Origin: Candidatus Chazhemtobacterium aquaticus
GTDB lineage: Bacteria; Patescibacteriota; Microgenomatia; UBA1400; Chazhemtobacteraceae
Direction of reading: 5' to 3'
NCBI RefSeq assembly: GCF_009936135.1
Contig: NZ_CP047901.1
Span: 631,927 to 695,926, forward strand
Length of the DNA: 64,000 bases
In this document: positions 37,759 through 50,504 of the stretch, in pieces
Layout: every line of letters begins with the position of its first letter
Position numbering within the stretch: position 1 is the stretch's first letter
Made by a program: the position numbers and the translations under genes
The notes under the pieces: generated by a model
The model's database searches: none
What the model was told of the DNA's origin: nothing
What the model saw: only the letters and a program-made list of their open reading frames with translations

Positions 37759-38847
37759 CTACCTTCCTCTAATCAGTCTTGATAAATCAGCTGGTCGTAA
37801 ACTAAATTCTCTAGCTTTCTCAAAACTGACCACACCCTGATTTACCCAGTTAGCCAGTGAACTCTCCAAAGTCATCATCCCGAGTTCCGAGGAAGTCTGG
37901 ATAATACTATCCAACTGGTGACTCTTACCCTCTCTAATATTGTTTCTAACTGCTGGTGTTGCTACTAGCACTTCAGCTGCTGGCACCCGACCCGTACCAT
38001 CAGCCGTTGGTACTAATCGCTGCGAAAAAACAGCCTCAAGTGAGTTAGACAGCTGCATCATTACCTGGTTCTGCTGATCCTCTGGGAAACTGTCTACAAT
38101 TCGATCTATCGTTTGGGCCGCACTGTTAGTATGCAAAGTAGCAAACACCAAATGACCCGTCTCGGCCACTGTCATCGCCGCCGCAATCGTCTCTGGGTCA
38201 CGCATCTCTCCCACCAAAACCACATCCGGGTCTTCTCGCAACACACTCCGCAACGCCCCCGACCAGGTTAGAGTATCATCACCCATCTCTCTCTGAGAAA
38301 TCAGTGAACCTCTATTGCTATACACATACTCAACCGGATCCTCAATTGTCACAATATGTTCCGTCCGGTTTTGATTTATCTCCTCAATTACAGCCGCCAA
38401 GGTTGTACTTTTTCCATGGCCGGTCGGACCAGTCACCAACACAAACCCCTGGCGCAATCTGGCAAACTGGTGACAAACAGCTGGCAACTTCAGTTCATCA
38501 ATACTAGGTATCCTCTCAGCTATAGCTCGAAGCGCCAAAGCCAAACTTTGTTTCTGCCAATAAGCATTGGCTCGAAACCTTCCCACTCCCTCCAAAGCCA
38601 CCGAAAAATCAAGCTCGCGAAACTTAACCAATTTATGCTGTTGCTCCTCACTCAAAATTGAAAAAACCAGCTGTTCAACCTGTTTTGAATTCAATACCTC
38701 CATGTTCTCTATTGACCTCAAGGTCCCGTGAACCCTAATCGTTGGTGGAGATCCAACAATCAAATGCAAATCAGACGCCCCCATCTTAAATGTGGTCGTC
38801 ATCAAGTTATGCATTATCGTTTTATATGTCGCGCTGTTATTTTCCAT
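37759..38847 (-). CDS. pilT: Twitching-motility/retraction ATPase PilT
   Basis: 362 aa with GPTGHGKSTT Walker A, Asp box, and His box ATLHTNSAAQTIDRI; about 360 aa is diagnostic of PilT rather than PilB. Confidence 0.85.
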   Translation of the reverse strand: MENNSATYKTIMHNLMTTTFKMGASDLHLIVGSPPTIRVHGTLRSIENMEVLNSKQVEQLVFSILSEEQQHKLVKFRELDFSVALEGVGRFRANAYWQKQSLALALRAIAERIPSIDELKLPAVCHQFARLRQGFVLVTGPTGHGKSTTLAAVIEEINQNRTEHIVTIEDPVEYVYSNRGSLISQREMGDDTLTWSGALRSVLREDPDVVLVGEMRDPETIAAAMTVAETGHLVFATLHTNSAAQTIDRIVDSFPEDQQNQVMMQLSNSLEAVFSQRLVPTADGTGRVPAAEVLVATPAVRNNIREGKSHQLDSIIQTSSELGMMTLESSLANWVNQGVVSFEKAREFSLRPADLSRLIRGR

Positions 38848-38851
38848 ATGT

Positions 38852-40660
38852 TTAAGTTCTTGAAACCCTTAATACTTCATCAATAGTAGTCGATCCATCC
38901 AATGCTTTCATATAACCATCCTGAGTCATTAAAATCATCCCTTCGACCACTGCTTGTTTCTCGATATCCGAAGAGGTTGCTCTCTGCATGATTAATTGTC
39001 CAATCTTTGTAGTGATTGGCATTACCTCAAAAATACCAATTCTTCCTTTGTACCCACTCCCGCCACAAACCTTACAACTATCACCCTGTCCACGGCTTAA
39101 CAACAACTCAACATTCTTCTCAGCCGCTTTCGCCACCATCTCAGGGTGCGACTGCCGCCATGCTTCGTACAAAGGACCCAACACTCTCTTGATATCCTCA
39201 ACCACCTCAGGCTCTGGCACATAATCCACCCGACAAGCACTGCAGTTCTGCCTTACCACCCTCTGAGCCACCACTGCCGTAATTGAGCTAGCCAATAGAT
39301 ATGGCTCCGCTTTCATATCCAATAACCTAGGCAAAGCACCAGCTGCATCATTAGTGTGCAAGGTCGCATAAACCATATGTCCCGTCAACGAAGCCTGAAT
39401 AGCCAGATCTGCTGTTTCCTCATCACGAATCTCACCCACCATGATAATGTTAGGATCTTGCCTCAAAAAGCTTCGCAGCCCAGAGGCAAAAGTTAAACCT
39501 GCCCCAGGATTCACCTGAACTTGATTGACCCCTTCAATCTGATACTCTACCGGATCCTCAAGCGTCACCACGTTCACTTTAGTTGTACTTACTATCGACA
39601 AAATTGAATACAAAGTGGTCGTTTTACCTGAACCTGTCGGACCAGTAATCAAGATAATACCGTGAGGCATCCGCACCGCATCCTGCAAATTAGCCAGGGC
39701 CTTACCTCTTAATCCCAGTTCCGGCAAAGTCAAAGCCTGACCAGTTTTTTTAAGCAACCTCATCACGATTTTTTCACCATTTACTGTAGGCAAGGAAGAC
39801 ACACGCAAGTCCACCTCTTCCTCACCCATCACATAATTAAACCGACCATCCTGGGGCAATCTTTTCTCATCAATCTTCATACCCGCCAAGATCTTGATTC
39901 TTGAGATCACCGCGTCATGAACTGACTTCGGCAACACCAACTTTTCTTGTAAAATTCCATCAATTCTGTATCTGATCCTCGTCCGATTCACCTGTGGTTC
40001 AATGTGCACGTCGCTGGCTCTAGCTTTGATAGCAAACTCCAACACTGTACTTACAATCTTGGCGATCGGTGCTTCCTTGATCAACTCACCTAAATTCTTA
40101 GCATCAACCGTCGTTACTCCAGTCTGTGTCACTCCACCCTCTTCGAGAGCCTGGGTCACTTCTCCCGACAAACTCTCTGTGTATCGCTGTTCAATCGCCG
40201 CCTTCAAATCCGCTGCCACAGCCATAAACGGCTGTATCTTCATCCCAGACTTAGCCTGCACAAAATCAGTTACAGTCAAATCAGCTGGATTAGCCATCGC
40301 CACCGACAATATTCCTTCTGCTTTATCAAGCGCAAAAGGCAACACCTGATACCGTTTTGCCACCGACTCTGGAATCAACCCCAACGCCTCAGGAGAAGCG
40401 CCTAAGTTTGATACATCCACAAAACCAACACCCATCACCTCAGCACGGGCCTTGACCACTGCCTTCTCAGTCGCATAGTTATGCTCCAAAATCAACTGAT
40501 CCGCCTTCTTACCCTTGTTGACCACCTCCAACCTTACCTTATCAAACTGTTCCTGAGTAATCTCACCTCTAGCCAGTAAAATTTCCTCCACACTCGACAA
40601 ACCAGCAGTTACTGGCGCACCACTCAACGTGTTATTAGTACCCGGGGCAGGCATATTCAT
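38852..40660 (-). CDS. pilB: Type IV pilus extension ATPase PilB (GspE family)
   Basis: 602 aa with GPTGSGKTTT Walker A and a tetracysteine zinc motif (CSAC...CKVCGGSG) with GspE domains. Confidence 0.85.
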   Translation of the reverse strand: MNMPAPGTNNTLSGAPVTAGLSSVEEILLARGEITQEQFDKVRLEVVNKGKKADQLILEHNYATEKAVVKARAEVMGVGFVDVSNLGASPEALGLIPESVAKRYQVLPFALDKAEGILSVAMANPADLTVTDFVQAKSGMKIQPFMAVAADLKAAIEQRYTESLSGEVTQALEEGGVTQTGVTTVDAKNLGELIKEAPIAKIVSTVLEFAIKARASDVHIEPQVNRTRIRYRIDGILQEKLVLPKSVHDAVISRIKILAGMKIDEKRLPQDGRFNYVMGEEEVDLRVSSLPTVNGEKIVMRLLKKTGQALTLPELGLRGKALANLQDAVRMPHGIILITGPTGSGKTTTLYSILSIVSTTKVNVVTLEDPVEYQIEGVNQVQVNPGAGLTFASGLRSFLRQDPNIIMVGEIRDEETADLAIQASLTGHMVYATLHTNDAAGALPRLLDMKAEPYLLASSITAVVAQRVVRQNCSACRVDYVPEPEVVEDIKRVLGPLYEAWRQSHPEMVAKAAEKNVELLLSRGQGDSCKVCGGSGYKGRIGIFEVMPITTKIGQLIMQRATSSDIEKQAVVEGMILMTQDGYMKALDGSTTIDEVLRVSRT

Positions 40661-40742
40661 AATTTACTTTAGTTTAACAACCTTACCAATCAAAGTATAG
40701 TTTGACACTCTCCATCTCTGGTTATCTGGTTATAATGACTCC

Positions 40743-41390
40743 ATGAGTACTCTTAGTACCTTAATCACCGGCGGTAATCACAAAAAAAGATTAAACAAGA
40801 TTGAGTCTTTTCAGCAAAACTTACCCTTACCACCACAAGTCATTGATGGTCACCAACAGCCCATCACCATCAAAACCATTCGCCAGTTCCAAAAAGACAT
40901 CAATTTATCGACAGAATTAAATCAACTTCAACGCCATTTTATTTTGGAAGCTCAAAATCTCACCTTACCTGCCCAACACGCCCTCTTAAAAACCCTTGAA
41001 GAGCCACCTCCCCGTACTCAAATCATTCTCACTGCCGACCAACCAAGTTCCTTACTTGATACTATTCTTTCCCGCTGCCATCACCTTCCCTTAAACTCAC
41101 ATAAATCAACCCACACCAAGTTAGCCAAAGACTTGCTTAAGAATATAACTAGTAACAACTATGCTCAATTAATTAGTTTGGCAGCCAAAACAGACGCCAA
41201 AACTGCCCAAAAACAGCTTCATTCTCTACTTTTGTTCTTAAAACAAAATCTTCATTCCAAACCAACCAAAGCCCGTCTAGTTGCCATCAAATCCACCACC
41301 CAGGCTCTTGGTAACCTCAAAACCAACATTAATAAACAATTAACCCTAGAACATCTCTATTTTACCCTCAAGCGATTGTCTCATCGTTGA
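40743..41390 (+). CDS. DNA polymerase III delta-prime-like protein (C-terminal part only, no ATPase Walker motifs)
   Basis: ALLKTLEEPPPRTQIILTADQPSSLLDTILSRCHHL matches the sensor/box VII region of HolB/DnaX. Only 215 aa. Confidence 0.5.
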   Translation: MSTLSTLITGGNHKKRLNKIESFQQNLPLPPQVIDGHQQPITIKTIRQFQKDINLSTELNQLQRHFILEAQNLTLPAQHALLKTLEEPPPRTQIILTADQPSSLLDTILSRCHHLPLNSHKSTHTKLAKDLLKNITSNNYAQLISLAAKTDAKTAQKQLHSLLLFLKQNLHSKPTKARLVAIKSTTQALGNLKTNINKQLTLEHLYFTLKRLSHR

Positions 41391-41395
41391 ATTAG

Positions 41396-43441
<2,046 letters not shown>

Positions 43442-43459
43442 AAATTAGACTTTAATTAA

Positions 43460-44404
43460 ATGAAGCACTACATCATTGGTCACCAAAAACCCGATCTCGA
43501 CTCAGTCGTCGCCGCCATCTCTTTAGCTGACTTTTTCAAGCAAATTGGCGATCCCACCGGAACTCCAGTCATCGCTGACCCCATCAATCCAGAGACCGAG
43601 TATGTCCTTAACAAATTTAATCAAACACCACCACCAATCATTAGTGCCAAAGATATCAAACAAGAAGATCAAATCCTTTTAGTAGACCATAATGAAGAAG
43701 ACCAAAGACTACCTGGAATCGATCCAGATCAAATCTCAGGTGTCATCGACCATCACAAGCTTAACCTAAATCTAAACCAACCCATCTCGGTCACTACCAA
43801 GCCCTGGGGATCAACCAATACCATCATCTATTACAAATTTACTCGCTACAATCTTTCCATCTCTCCAACCTTGGCTGCACTCATGCTCTCAGCAATCCTC
43901 TCCGACACCGTTGGCCTAAAGTCTGCTACTACCACCAATAAAGACAGACATGCTGCCCGGAAATTAGCCAAGCTGGCAAACATTGAAAATCTAGACTCCC
44001 TCACCCTAGAAATTTTTAAAGCCAAATCAAACTTAGATAGTCTTGACGCCATATCTATTGTTAAAAATGACTACAAGGTGTTTGATTTCGCCAAACGAAC
44101 TTTCATCGGCCAAATTGAAACCGTTGAACAACAAGAACTAATCTCCAAAAGGTTACCTGAGTTACTTGCCGCCCTTAAACAAGTCAAACAAGAGCAACAT
44201 GTTGACCTTGCATTTCTTGCCATCAGCGATATCTTAAACGCCAACACCAAACTACTCTTGGCTTCAGACGAAGAGAATAATGTTGCCCAATCAGCCTTTT
44301 CCTCATCTGTAGACAACAACCTTATAGACATCGGTCCCAAACTATCTCGCAAGAAAGAAATTGCCCCCGCCATCGAAAAGGCGCTAGACAACACCAATAA
44401 ATAA
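43460..44404 (+). CDS. ppaC: Manganese-dependent inorganic pyrophosphatase (family II, DHH-DHHA2)
   Basis: MKHYIIGHQKPDLDSVVAAI...LVDHNE...DHHKL..SDT match the family II PPase DHH motifs. 314 aa. Confidence 0.8.
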   Translation: MKHYIIGHQKPDLDSVVAAISLADFFKQIGDPTGTPVIADPINPETEYVLNKFNQTPPPIISAKDIKQEDQILLVDHNEEDQRLPGIDPDQISGVIDHHKLNLNLNQPISVTTKPWGSTNTIIYYKFTRYNLSISPTLAALMLSAILSDTVGLKSATTTNKDRHAARKLAKLANIENLDSLTLEIFKAKSNLDSLDAISIVKNDYKVFDFAKRTFIGQIETVEQQELISKRLPELLAALKQVKQEQHVDLAFLAISDILNANTKLLLASDEENNVAQSAFSSSVDNNLIDIGPKLSRKKEIAPAIEKALDNTNK

Positions 44405-44420
44405 CTAAATTACCATCAAT

Positions 44421-47063
44421 ATGGCCAAAGAAAACCAAGATATCAGATCAAATCTTCCCCCAATAACTAACGGTGACCAAATCGATACCATCACCCAAAC
44501 TGAGTATGGTCAGATCAAAACTGTTGGCTTAGTCAAAGAAGTTGAACAAGCGTACGTCGACTATGCCATGAGTGTTATCGTCTCCCGCGCCCTCCCAGAT
44601 GTTCGAGATGGCCTAAAGCCAGTTCACCGCCGCATTCTTTATGCCATGCACGACGCTGGTATTTCTCACAAAAGTCCATACAAAAAATCTGCCCGCGTTG
44701 TCGGTGAGGTCTTAGGTAAGTTCCACCCCCATGGTGACTCCTCAGTTTACGATGCCATGGTTAGGCTCGCTCAAGACTTTTCCATGCGCTATCCATTAGT
44801 CGACGGTCAAGGAAACTTTGGCTCTATCGATGGTGACCCTCCAGCCCAGATGCGTTACACCGAGGCTCGTCTTACCAAAATCTCTCAAGAGTTACTTAAG
44901 GATATTGAAAAAGAAACTGTTCCCTTCGCCGACAACTTCGATGCCTCACAGCAAGAGCCCACTGTCATGCCAGCCTTACTTCCAAATCTTTTGCTAATGG
45001 GCGCTGATGGTATTGCCGTCGGCATGGCCACCAAGATTCCTCCCCATAACCTTAAAGAAGTGGCCGCTGCCATCACCTCCTTAATCAAAAAAGGCAAATC
45101 TCCCATCTCACAGCAAACCCAAAAACAACTTAACAACCCGGAAACTGATGATGCCCGCCTCTTGATTGGCGATTTCGAGTCCGAAGCCACTATCGACGAT
45201 CTACTAGAACACATTAAAGGACCTGACTTTCCCACTGGGGGCGAAATCTTTGACATCAATGCCATCAGAGAGGTATATACCACCGGTCGAGGCCGCATCA
45301 TCATTCGCGCCGTTGCCCAAATTGTTGAAAAAAAGAATCACTACGCCATCCAAGTTACCGAACTACCATTCCAGGTTAATAAAGCGAACTTAATCGCCAA
45401 GATAGCTGACCTTGTCCGCAAAAAGAAAATTGATGGTATCTCAGACATTCGCGACGAATCCGATCGAAGAGGCTTAACCATAGCTATTGAGTTGAAGAAA
45501 GACGCCGTTCCTAAAAAGGTCTTAAACAATCTCTACAAACAAACCGAACTACAAACCTCCTTCCCCGCCAATTTTGTTGCTTTAGCCAGCGACATGCACC
45601 CCCGGTTAATGACTCTTAAGCAGATTCTTAATGAATATGTCCAACATCGCCAACTCGTCATCGTTCGCCGCTCCCAGTACGAACTAAGATCAGCCAGGGC
45701 TAGAGCCCACATTCTTGAAGGACTTCTTAAAGCTCTTGACCATATTGACGAAATCATCCAGACCATCAAGAAAAGCCCTGACTCAGAAACAGCCAAGACC
45801 AACCTTATGGACAAATTTGGCTTCACCGAAATCCAAGCCCAAGCCATTCTCGACATGCAGCTTCGCAAACTAGCTGCCCTCGAACGCCAAAAGATTCAAG
45901 ATGAATATGACGAGCTCATGAAACGAATTGACACCCTCCTTAAACTCATCACCAACACTGGAAATATCTTAAACACCATTATCAGCGAGCTAAACGAATT
46001 AGTCACCACCTATGGCGATGACCGAAGAACCATTGTTCACAAGAACGCTGTCGACGAATTTAGCGATGAAGACTTAATTGCCAAGGAAGAAACCATCGTT
46101 ACACTAACCAAAACTGGTTACATCAAGCGCATGCCCCCCGCTACCTTCAGAAGCCAACGTCGTGGTGGTAAAGGTGTCGCTGGTATGACCAAAAAAGAAG
46201 AAGACGAGATGCACCTGCTGTTAGCCGCCAGTACTCACGACCACCTGCTTGTTTTCACCAACAAAGGTCAGGTTCACTTACTCCGTGTCTGGGATGTTCC
46301 CGAAGGCAGCCGTACCTCAAAAGGACAAGCTGTTGTTAATCTAATTAACATCAATCCGGAGGAAAAAATCCAAGCTATTCTAGCCGTTCCTGAAAAAATC
46401 GAAGATCTAGGCGACCAGTTCTTCTTCTTCACCACTCGCTCAGGACTGGTCAAACGCACCTCAATCAAACAGTTCAAAAACATCAAAAGCAACGGTCTTA
46501 TAGCCATTAGCCTAAAAAACAATGATGAGTTAGTCTGGGTTAAACAAACCCTAGGCTCCGACCATATTCTTTTAGTCACCAAGCACGGCAAATCCATCCG
46601 CTTCCCAGAAACTGACGTTAGACCCACAGGTCGAGACACCATGGGAGTTCGCGGTATTACTCTCCACCAAGATGACTATGTTCTTGGTATGGAAACCTTT
46701 GCCCCCACCTTCACTCCTCCTCAAGACAAGCGCCGCAAATACTTCAGAGACTTGCTCATCGTCACCAGCCATGGCATTGGTAAACGTACTCCACTTGAGG
46801 AATACCCAACCCAGAAACGTGGCGGCCAAGGGGTCAAAGTCGCTACTCTTAACAACAAAACTGGTGACATAGCCGGAGCTATGATGGTCACCCAGACTGC
46901 CGAGTATCTCATCATTACGACCAAGGAGGCCCAGGCCATCAAGTTACCTATCAAAAACATCCCTCAACTTAAACGGCCTACTCAGGGCGTGATCTTAATG
47001 CGCCCCAAATCAGGCGATGCCGTGGCCGCTACCACTATCATCGACCAAACGACCACCGAGTAG
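44421..47063 (+). CDS. gyrA: DNA gyrase subunit A
   Basis: [28 protein letters not shown] and active-site Tyr region, 880 aa, with a C-terminal beta-pinwheel. Confidence 0.9.
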   Translation: MAKENQDIRSNLPPITNGDQIDTITQTEYGQIKTVGLVKEVEQAYVDYAMSVIVSRALPDVRDGLKPVHRRILYAMHDAGISHKSPYKKSARVVGEVLGKFHPHGDSSVYDAMVRLAQDFSMRYPLVDGQGNFGSIDGDPPAQMRYTEARLTKISQELLKDIEKETVPFADNFDASQQEPTVMPALLPNLLLMGADGIAVGMATKIPPHNLKEVAAAITSLIKKGKSPISQQTQKQLNNPETDDARLLIGDFESEATIDDLLEHIKGPDFPTGGEIFDINAIREVYTTGRGRIIIRAVAQIVEKKNHYAIQVTELPFQVNKANLIAKIADLVRKKKIDGISDIRDESDRRGLTIAIELKKDAVPKKVLNNLYKQTELQTSFPANFVALASDMHPRLMTLKQILNEYVQHRQLVIVRRSQYELRSARARAHILEGLLKALDHIDEIIQTIKKSPDSETAKTNLMDKFGFTEIQAQAILDMQLRKLAALERQKIQDEYDELMKRIDTLLKLITNTGNILNTIISELNELVTTYGDDRRTIVHKNAVDEFSDEDLIAKEETIVTLTKTGYIKRMPPATFRSQRRGGKGVAGMTKKEEDEMHLLLAASTHDHLLVFTNKGQVHLLRVWDVPEGSRTSKGQAVVNLININPEEKIQAILAVPEKIEDLGDQFFFFTTRSGLVKRTSIKQFKNIKSNGLIAISLKNNDELVWVKQTLGSDHILLVTKHGKSIRFPETDVRPTGRDTMGVRGITLHQDDYVLGMETFAPTFTPPQDKRRKYFRDLLIVTSHGIGKRTPLEEYPTQKRGGQGVKVATLNNKTGDIAGAMMVTQTAEYLIITTKEAQAIKLPIKNIPQLKRPTQGVILMRPKSGDAVAATTIIDQTTTE

Positions 47064-47124
47064 TAACCTGGTTTACTCCTGATTTTTAGTACAACTGATA
47101 AGCGGAACTAAAACCCTATAATAT

Positions 47125-48087
47125 ATGATTACCATCAAAACTCTTAAAGCCGGAACCTATATTACCGACCATCCATTCGCCATCACTAATGTCACTCAAA
47201 AAACCACCAAAAACAACACCCCATATCTTCAAGTCACCCTAAGCGACCCAACTGGTCAACTAGAAGCCAAAGTCTGGAACGATGCCTTTGATGATGTTAC
47301 TCTTGAAGTTGGCAAAATTGCCCTTGTCACCGGTCGAGTAGGGGAGTACCAGGGCAAAATCGACCTCAATATCCAAAAAGCCAGCATCGACTCTTCATTA
47401 AACTTCACCGACCATCTCTCCACCATTCCCACCATGATCTTCGACATCGAAACAGTCGGCAAGCCTTTTGATGAACTAGAGGCCTGGGACCAAGACTATT
47501 TTCTAAACCGCATCGAGGGCCAAACTGATGAGGAGGAAGCCAAAACCAAAACCGGCCTGTATTCCCTCTATGGGTTTGTTCAGGCTATTGGCCTGATCAA
47601 TCAAGAGGGTAGGGGAGAGGTCCTTGCCTTAACTGACCAAAAACTCAAAAACTCCAATCCCAGCTTTACCTACTCAACCTTTGCCAATGAAAAAGACTTA
47701 CTTACCAAATTCTGGGGCCTTACCCAAGAATATCAGCGCTTCGTCACCTACAACGGTAGGGGATTCGACTGGCCTTTTTTAATCATTCGCTCAGGTATTA
47801 ACCGCGTCAAAGTCCCCATGGAAATCGACCACTACAATAAGCATAAATTCATTGATTTAGCTGACCATCTTCGCCAAGGAGGTAGACAATTTAAACTAGA
47901 AGCCTTTTGCCGAGCCTTTGGCATCACTAATCCTAAGGAAAAAGGTGTCTCGGGTTTACTGGTCAGCCAACTCTATTACGAAAAAAACCATCAAGCCATC
48001 GCTGACTATGTTTCCCGCGACGTTATCTCCACCAAAGAACTCTACGATATCTGGCATCAATATCTCTCCGGTCATCTAAATTTTTAA
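47125..48087 (+). CDS. OB-fold plus RNase H-like (DEDD-type) 3'-5' exonuclease fusion protein, hypothetical
   Basis: N-terminal roughly 90 aa OB-fold-like segment (...QLEAKVWNDAFDDVTLEVGKIALVTGRVGEYQGKIDL), then FDIETVG (Exo I), YNGRGFDWPFL (Exo II) and a later H...D (Exo III-like). Confidence 0.5.
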   Translation: MITIKTLKAGTYITDHPFAITNVTQKTTKNNTPYLQVTLSDPTGQLEAKVWNDAFDDVTLEVGKIALVTGRVGEYQGKIDLNIQKASIDSSLNFTDHLSTIPTMIFDIETVGKPFDELEAWDQDYFLNRIEGQTDEEEAKTKTGLYSLYGFVQAIGLINQEGRGEVLALTDQKLKNSNPSFTYSTFANEKDLLTKFWGLTQEYQRFVTYNGRGFDWPFLIIRSGINRVKVPMEIDHYNKHKFIDLADHLRQGGRQFKLEAFCRAFGITNPKEKGVSGLLVSQLYYEKNHQAIADYVSRDVISTKELYDIWHQYLSGHLNF

Positions 48088-48106
48088 CAAATATCTTCTC
48101 TACTCA

Positions 48107-49414
48107 ATGAGCGACACAGTTAGCATCATCGGGGGTAAACCTTTAATCGGCACCGTCACCCCCATACCCAACAAAAATAGCCTCATACCAGCCCTCCCAG
48201 CTGCTCTTCTAACCGACCAGCCAGTTGTCTACCATCATGTTCCCGCCACCAGTGACGTTGAAAAAATCCTTGAGATCCTCAAGCTTCTAGGTGTAAAAGT
48301 CACCCGCCAACTAGACACAGTTACACTACAAGCCAAAAACTTAAAAACCCACAAGGTTGACCGCCAGCTAGGTGAGCAATTTCGTGGATCGCTCATGTTT
48401 GCCGGCCCCTTGCTTGCCCGTTTGGGCAAAGCTCAGATTCCACTTCCTGGTGGCTGTCTGCTTGGTTTCCGTTCCATCACCACTCACCTTGATGCCTTTA
48501 AAGCAGCTGGAGTCAAGATCAAACTAGCCGACAATCATGTCATCCTAACTGCACCCAAAAAACCATCCCCCCATTTACGTATCTGGCAAATGGAAGCCAG
48601 TGTTACCGCTACTGAAAATCTCTTAATGTATCTCTCAGGTCTATCTACTCAAACAGAACTTATTGAGGCTGCCTGCGAACCACATGTAACCGATCTTGAA
48701 AATCTACTTGTTAACATGGGTGCCAAAATCCAAGGAATCGGCTCAAATCGTCTTGTTATCAAAGGCTCACCCAAACTAAATGGAGCCCAGTTCACTCCCA
48801 GTCCTGACTTTGTTGATATTGCTGGATACATGGTAGCTGCAGGTATAACCGACGGACGCATTACCATCAAAAACGCCAACCTGCCTGATATCGTCGACGG
48901 ACTCATCCGTTGGATGTCTGCCTTTGGCATCAAAGTTACCCGCCAAAACAAGGATCTTGTTGTCTCGCTTAACAAACATGGTTTGGCTCTTGACCCAGAA
49001 TCCAACCTACCCTTATCAGCCCCCCAACTACCCAAATTAAGCCCCAGGCCCTGGCCAGGCTTTCCTGTTGATGTCATCCCTGTTATGGCCACTTTAGCCA
49101 GCAAAACTAAAGGGCGTCTACTTCTTCAAAACTGGATGTATGAAAATGGTTTTGAGTTCGTCAGAGAACTAAATAGCCTTGGTGCCGACATCTTTATCAG
49201 CGACCCCCAACGACTTATCATCACCGGACCAGTTACCTTCAAAGGTGGGGAGGTCAGTCCTCCCTCAGTCATCCAAGCCACCAAGGCTATCTTTCTAGCT
49301 GCTCTAGCCGATCCTGTCACCACTACCATTCACGGAGTAGACATACTTCGCCGGCGCTATCCTGATATATTCTCAGTTTACCGTCAGCTTGGTGCATCAA
49401 TCACTACAGTCTAA
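48107..49414 (+). CDS. murA: UDP-N-acetylglucosamine 1-carboxyvinyltransferase
   Basis: 435 aa EPT-fold. The N-terminus resembles MurA (GGKPLIGTVTPIPNKNSLIPALPAALLTDQPVVYHHVP) and the active-site loop region is present. Confidence 0.8.
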   Translation: MSDTVSIIGGKPLIGTVTPIPNKNSLIPALPAALLTDQPVVYHHVPATSDVEKILEILKLLGVKVTRQLDTVTLQAKNLKTHKVDRQLGEQFRGSLMFAGPLLARLGKAQIPLPGGCLLGFRSITTHLDAFKAAGVKIKLADNHVILTAPKKPSPHLRIWQMEASVTATENLLMYLSGLSTQTELIEAACEPHVTDLENLLVNMGAKIQGIGSNRLVIKGSPKLNGAQFTPSPDFVDIAGYMVAAGITDGRITIKNANLPDIVDGLIRWMSAFGIKVTRQNKDLVVSLNKHGLALDPESNLPLSAPQLPKLSPRPWPGFPVDVIPVMATLASKTKGRLLLQNWMYENGFEFVRELNSLGADIFISDPQRLIITGPVTFKGGEVSPPSVIQATKAIFLAALADPVTTTIHGVDILRRRYPDIFSVYRQLGASITTV

Positions 49415-49439
49415 GATTCTTTCATTCAAACCATTTTCC

Positions 49440-50393
49440 CTACTTCAAAAAGCGTTCGTGCACCTTGCGCAGTTGTGGATTAGTCACATGGGTATATACC
49501 TGAGTCGTGCTTACATTCTTGTGTCCCAACATCTCCTGAACCGAACGCAAATCTGCTCCGTTTTGCAGCAAGGTTGTCGCAAAAGAGTGCCTAACCACAT
49601 GAGGGCTTACTTTAATCGGTAACTTTGCCGACCTTCGATACTTCTCAACAATTCTCTGTATAGTCCTAACCGATAACCTCATCTGTTCACCAGCAGTCGC
49701 TGGATCCGCCTTAGTTCCCGAATACCGAATCCACACCGGCCGCCAATGATCGTCTCTAGCCACTAAAAATCTCTCTAACCACTTAGCTGCTCGTTCACTT
49801 AAAAAAACCACTCTTACTCTTCTTCCTTTACCCACCACCCCAAACTCTCGACTCTTAATATCAATATCCTCTCTATTTAATTTAGCCAGTTCACTAACCC
49901 GCAAACCAGTTGAAAACAACACCTCCAGTATCGCCTTATCTCGCAATCCTTCAGGCTCTGATGTCAGCGGCTGGTCAAGCAGTCTCTCAATCTGTTCACG
50001 GCTCAAAAACCTAATTCTTCGACCCTCAGCCTTAGGCAGCTCTACCTTCTCAGGAGACAAGCTCTTAATCCCTTTCTTACTTAAGTACTTTAAAAAAGCT
50101 CGTAGAGCAATTACGTGATAACTCTGCGTTGTTCTTGACAAGGTCTGGCCCTTCTCATCCTCATAACGACTCAACCACAATCGATAGCTTCTAACCATCT
50201 CAGCCGTTAAGCGATTAACATATTCCTGCTCGTATTTTTTTTCAAACCACTTCCTAAATCGAGTCAAGTAAAACCTATAGTTTCTTAACGTATATTTTGA
50301 GTAATTCCGTTCAACCTCAAGGTGGGCGATAAACCGATTAATTAATTTTTTTAATTCAAAATCTTCTTTTGTTTTCTTTGTCTGTTTCATCAC
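49440..50393 (-). CDS. xerC: Tyrosine recombinase, XerC/XerD family
   Basis: The C-terminal catalytic region HVVRHSFATTLLQNGADLRSVQEMLGHKNVSTTQVYTHV is the R-H-R-Y tyrosine recombinase signature, with an N-terminal core-binding domain. Confidence 0.85.
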   Translation of the reverse strand: MMKQTKKTKEDFELKKLINRFIAHLEVERNYSKYTLRNYRFYLTRFRKWFEKKYEQEYVNRLTAEMVRSYRLWLSRYEDEKGQTLSRTTQSYHVIALRAFLKYLSKKGIKSLSPEKVELPKAEGRRIRFLSREQIERLLDQPLTSEPEGLRDKAILEVLFSTGLRVSELAKLNREDIDIKSREFGVVGKGRRVRVVFLSERAAKWLERFLVARDDHWRPVWIRYSGTKADPATAGEQMRLSVRTIQRIVEKYRRSAKLPIKVSPHVVRHSFATTLLQNGADLRSVQEMLGHKNVSTTQVYTHVTNPQLRKVHERFLK

Positions 50394-50504
50394 TAGGGTA
50401 GGGGAGACCCTTGATAATTTCTAGCACACCTGTCGCCACAAATCAACAATGTGCGACACTATGCTTGGTTACAAACAGCAGCTTGAGGCATATAATCTTT
50501 ATTT

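Noticed and set aside
44885-46960. Series of minus-strand ORFs (44885-45304, 45533-45868, 46274-46642, 46572-46829, 46721-46960) inside gyrA.
   Set aside because: All are antisense to the strongly supported gyrA reading frame and are Cys/Ser/Arg-rich shadow frames.
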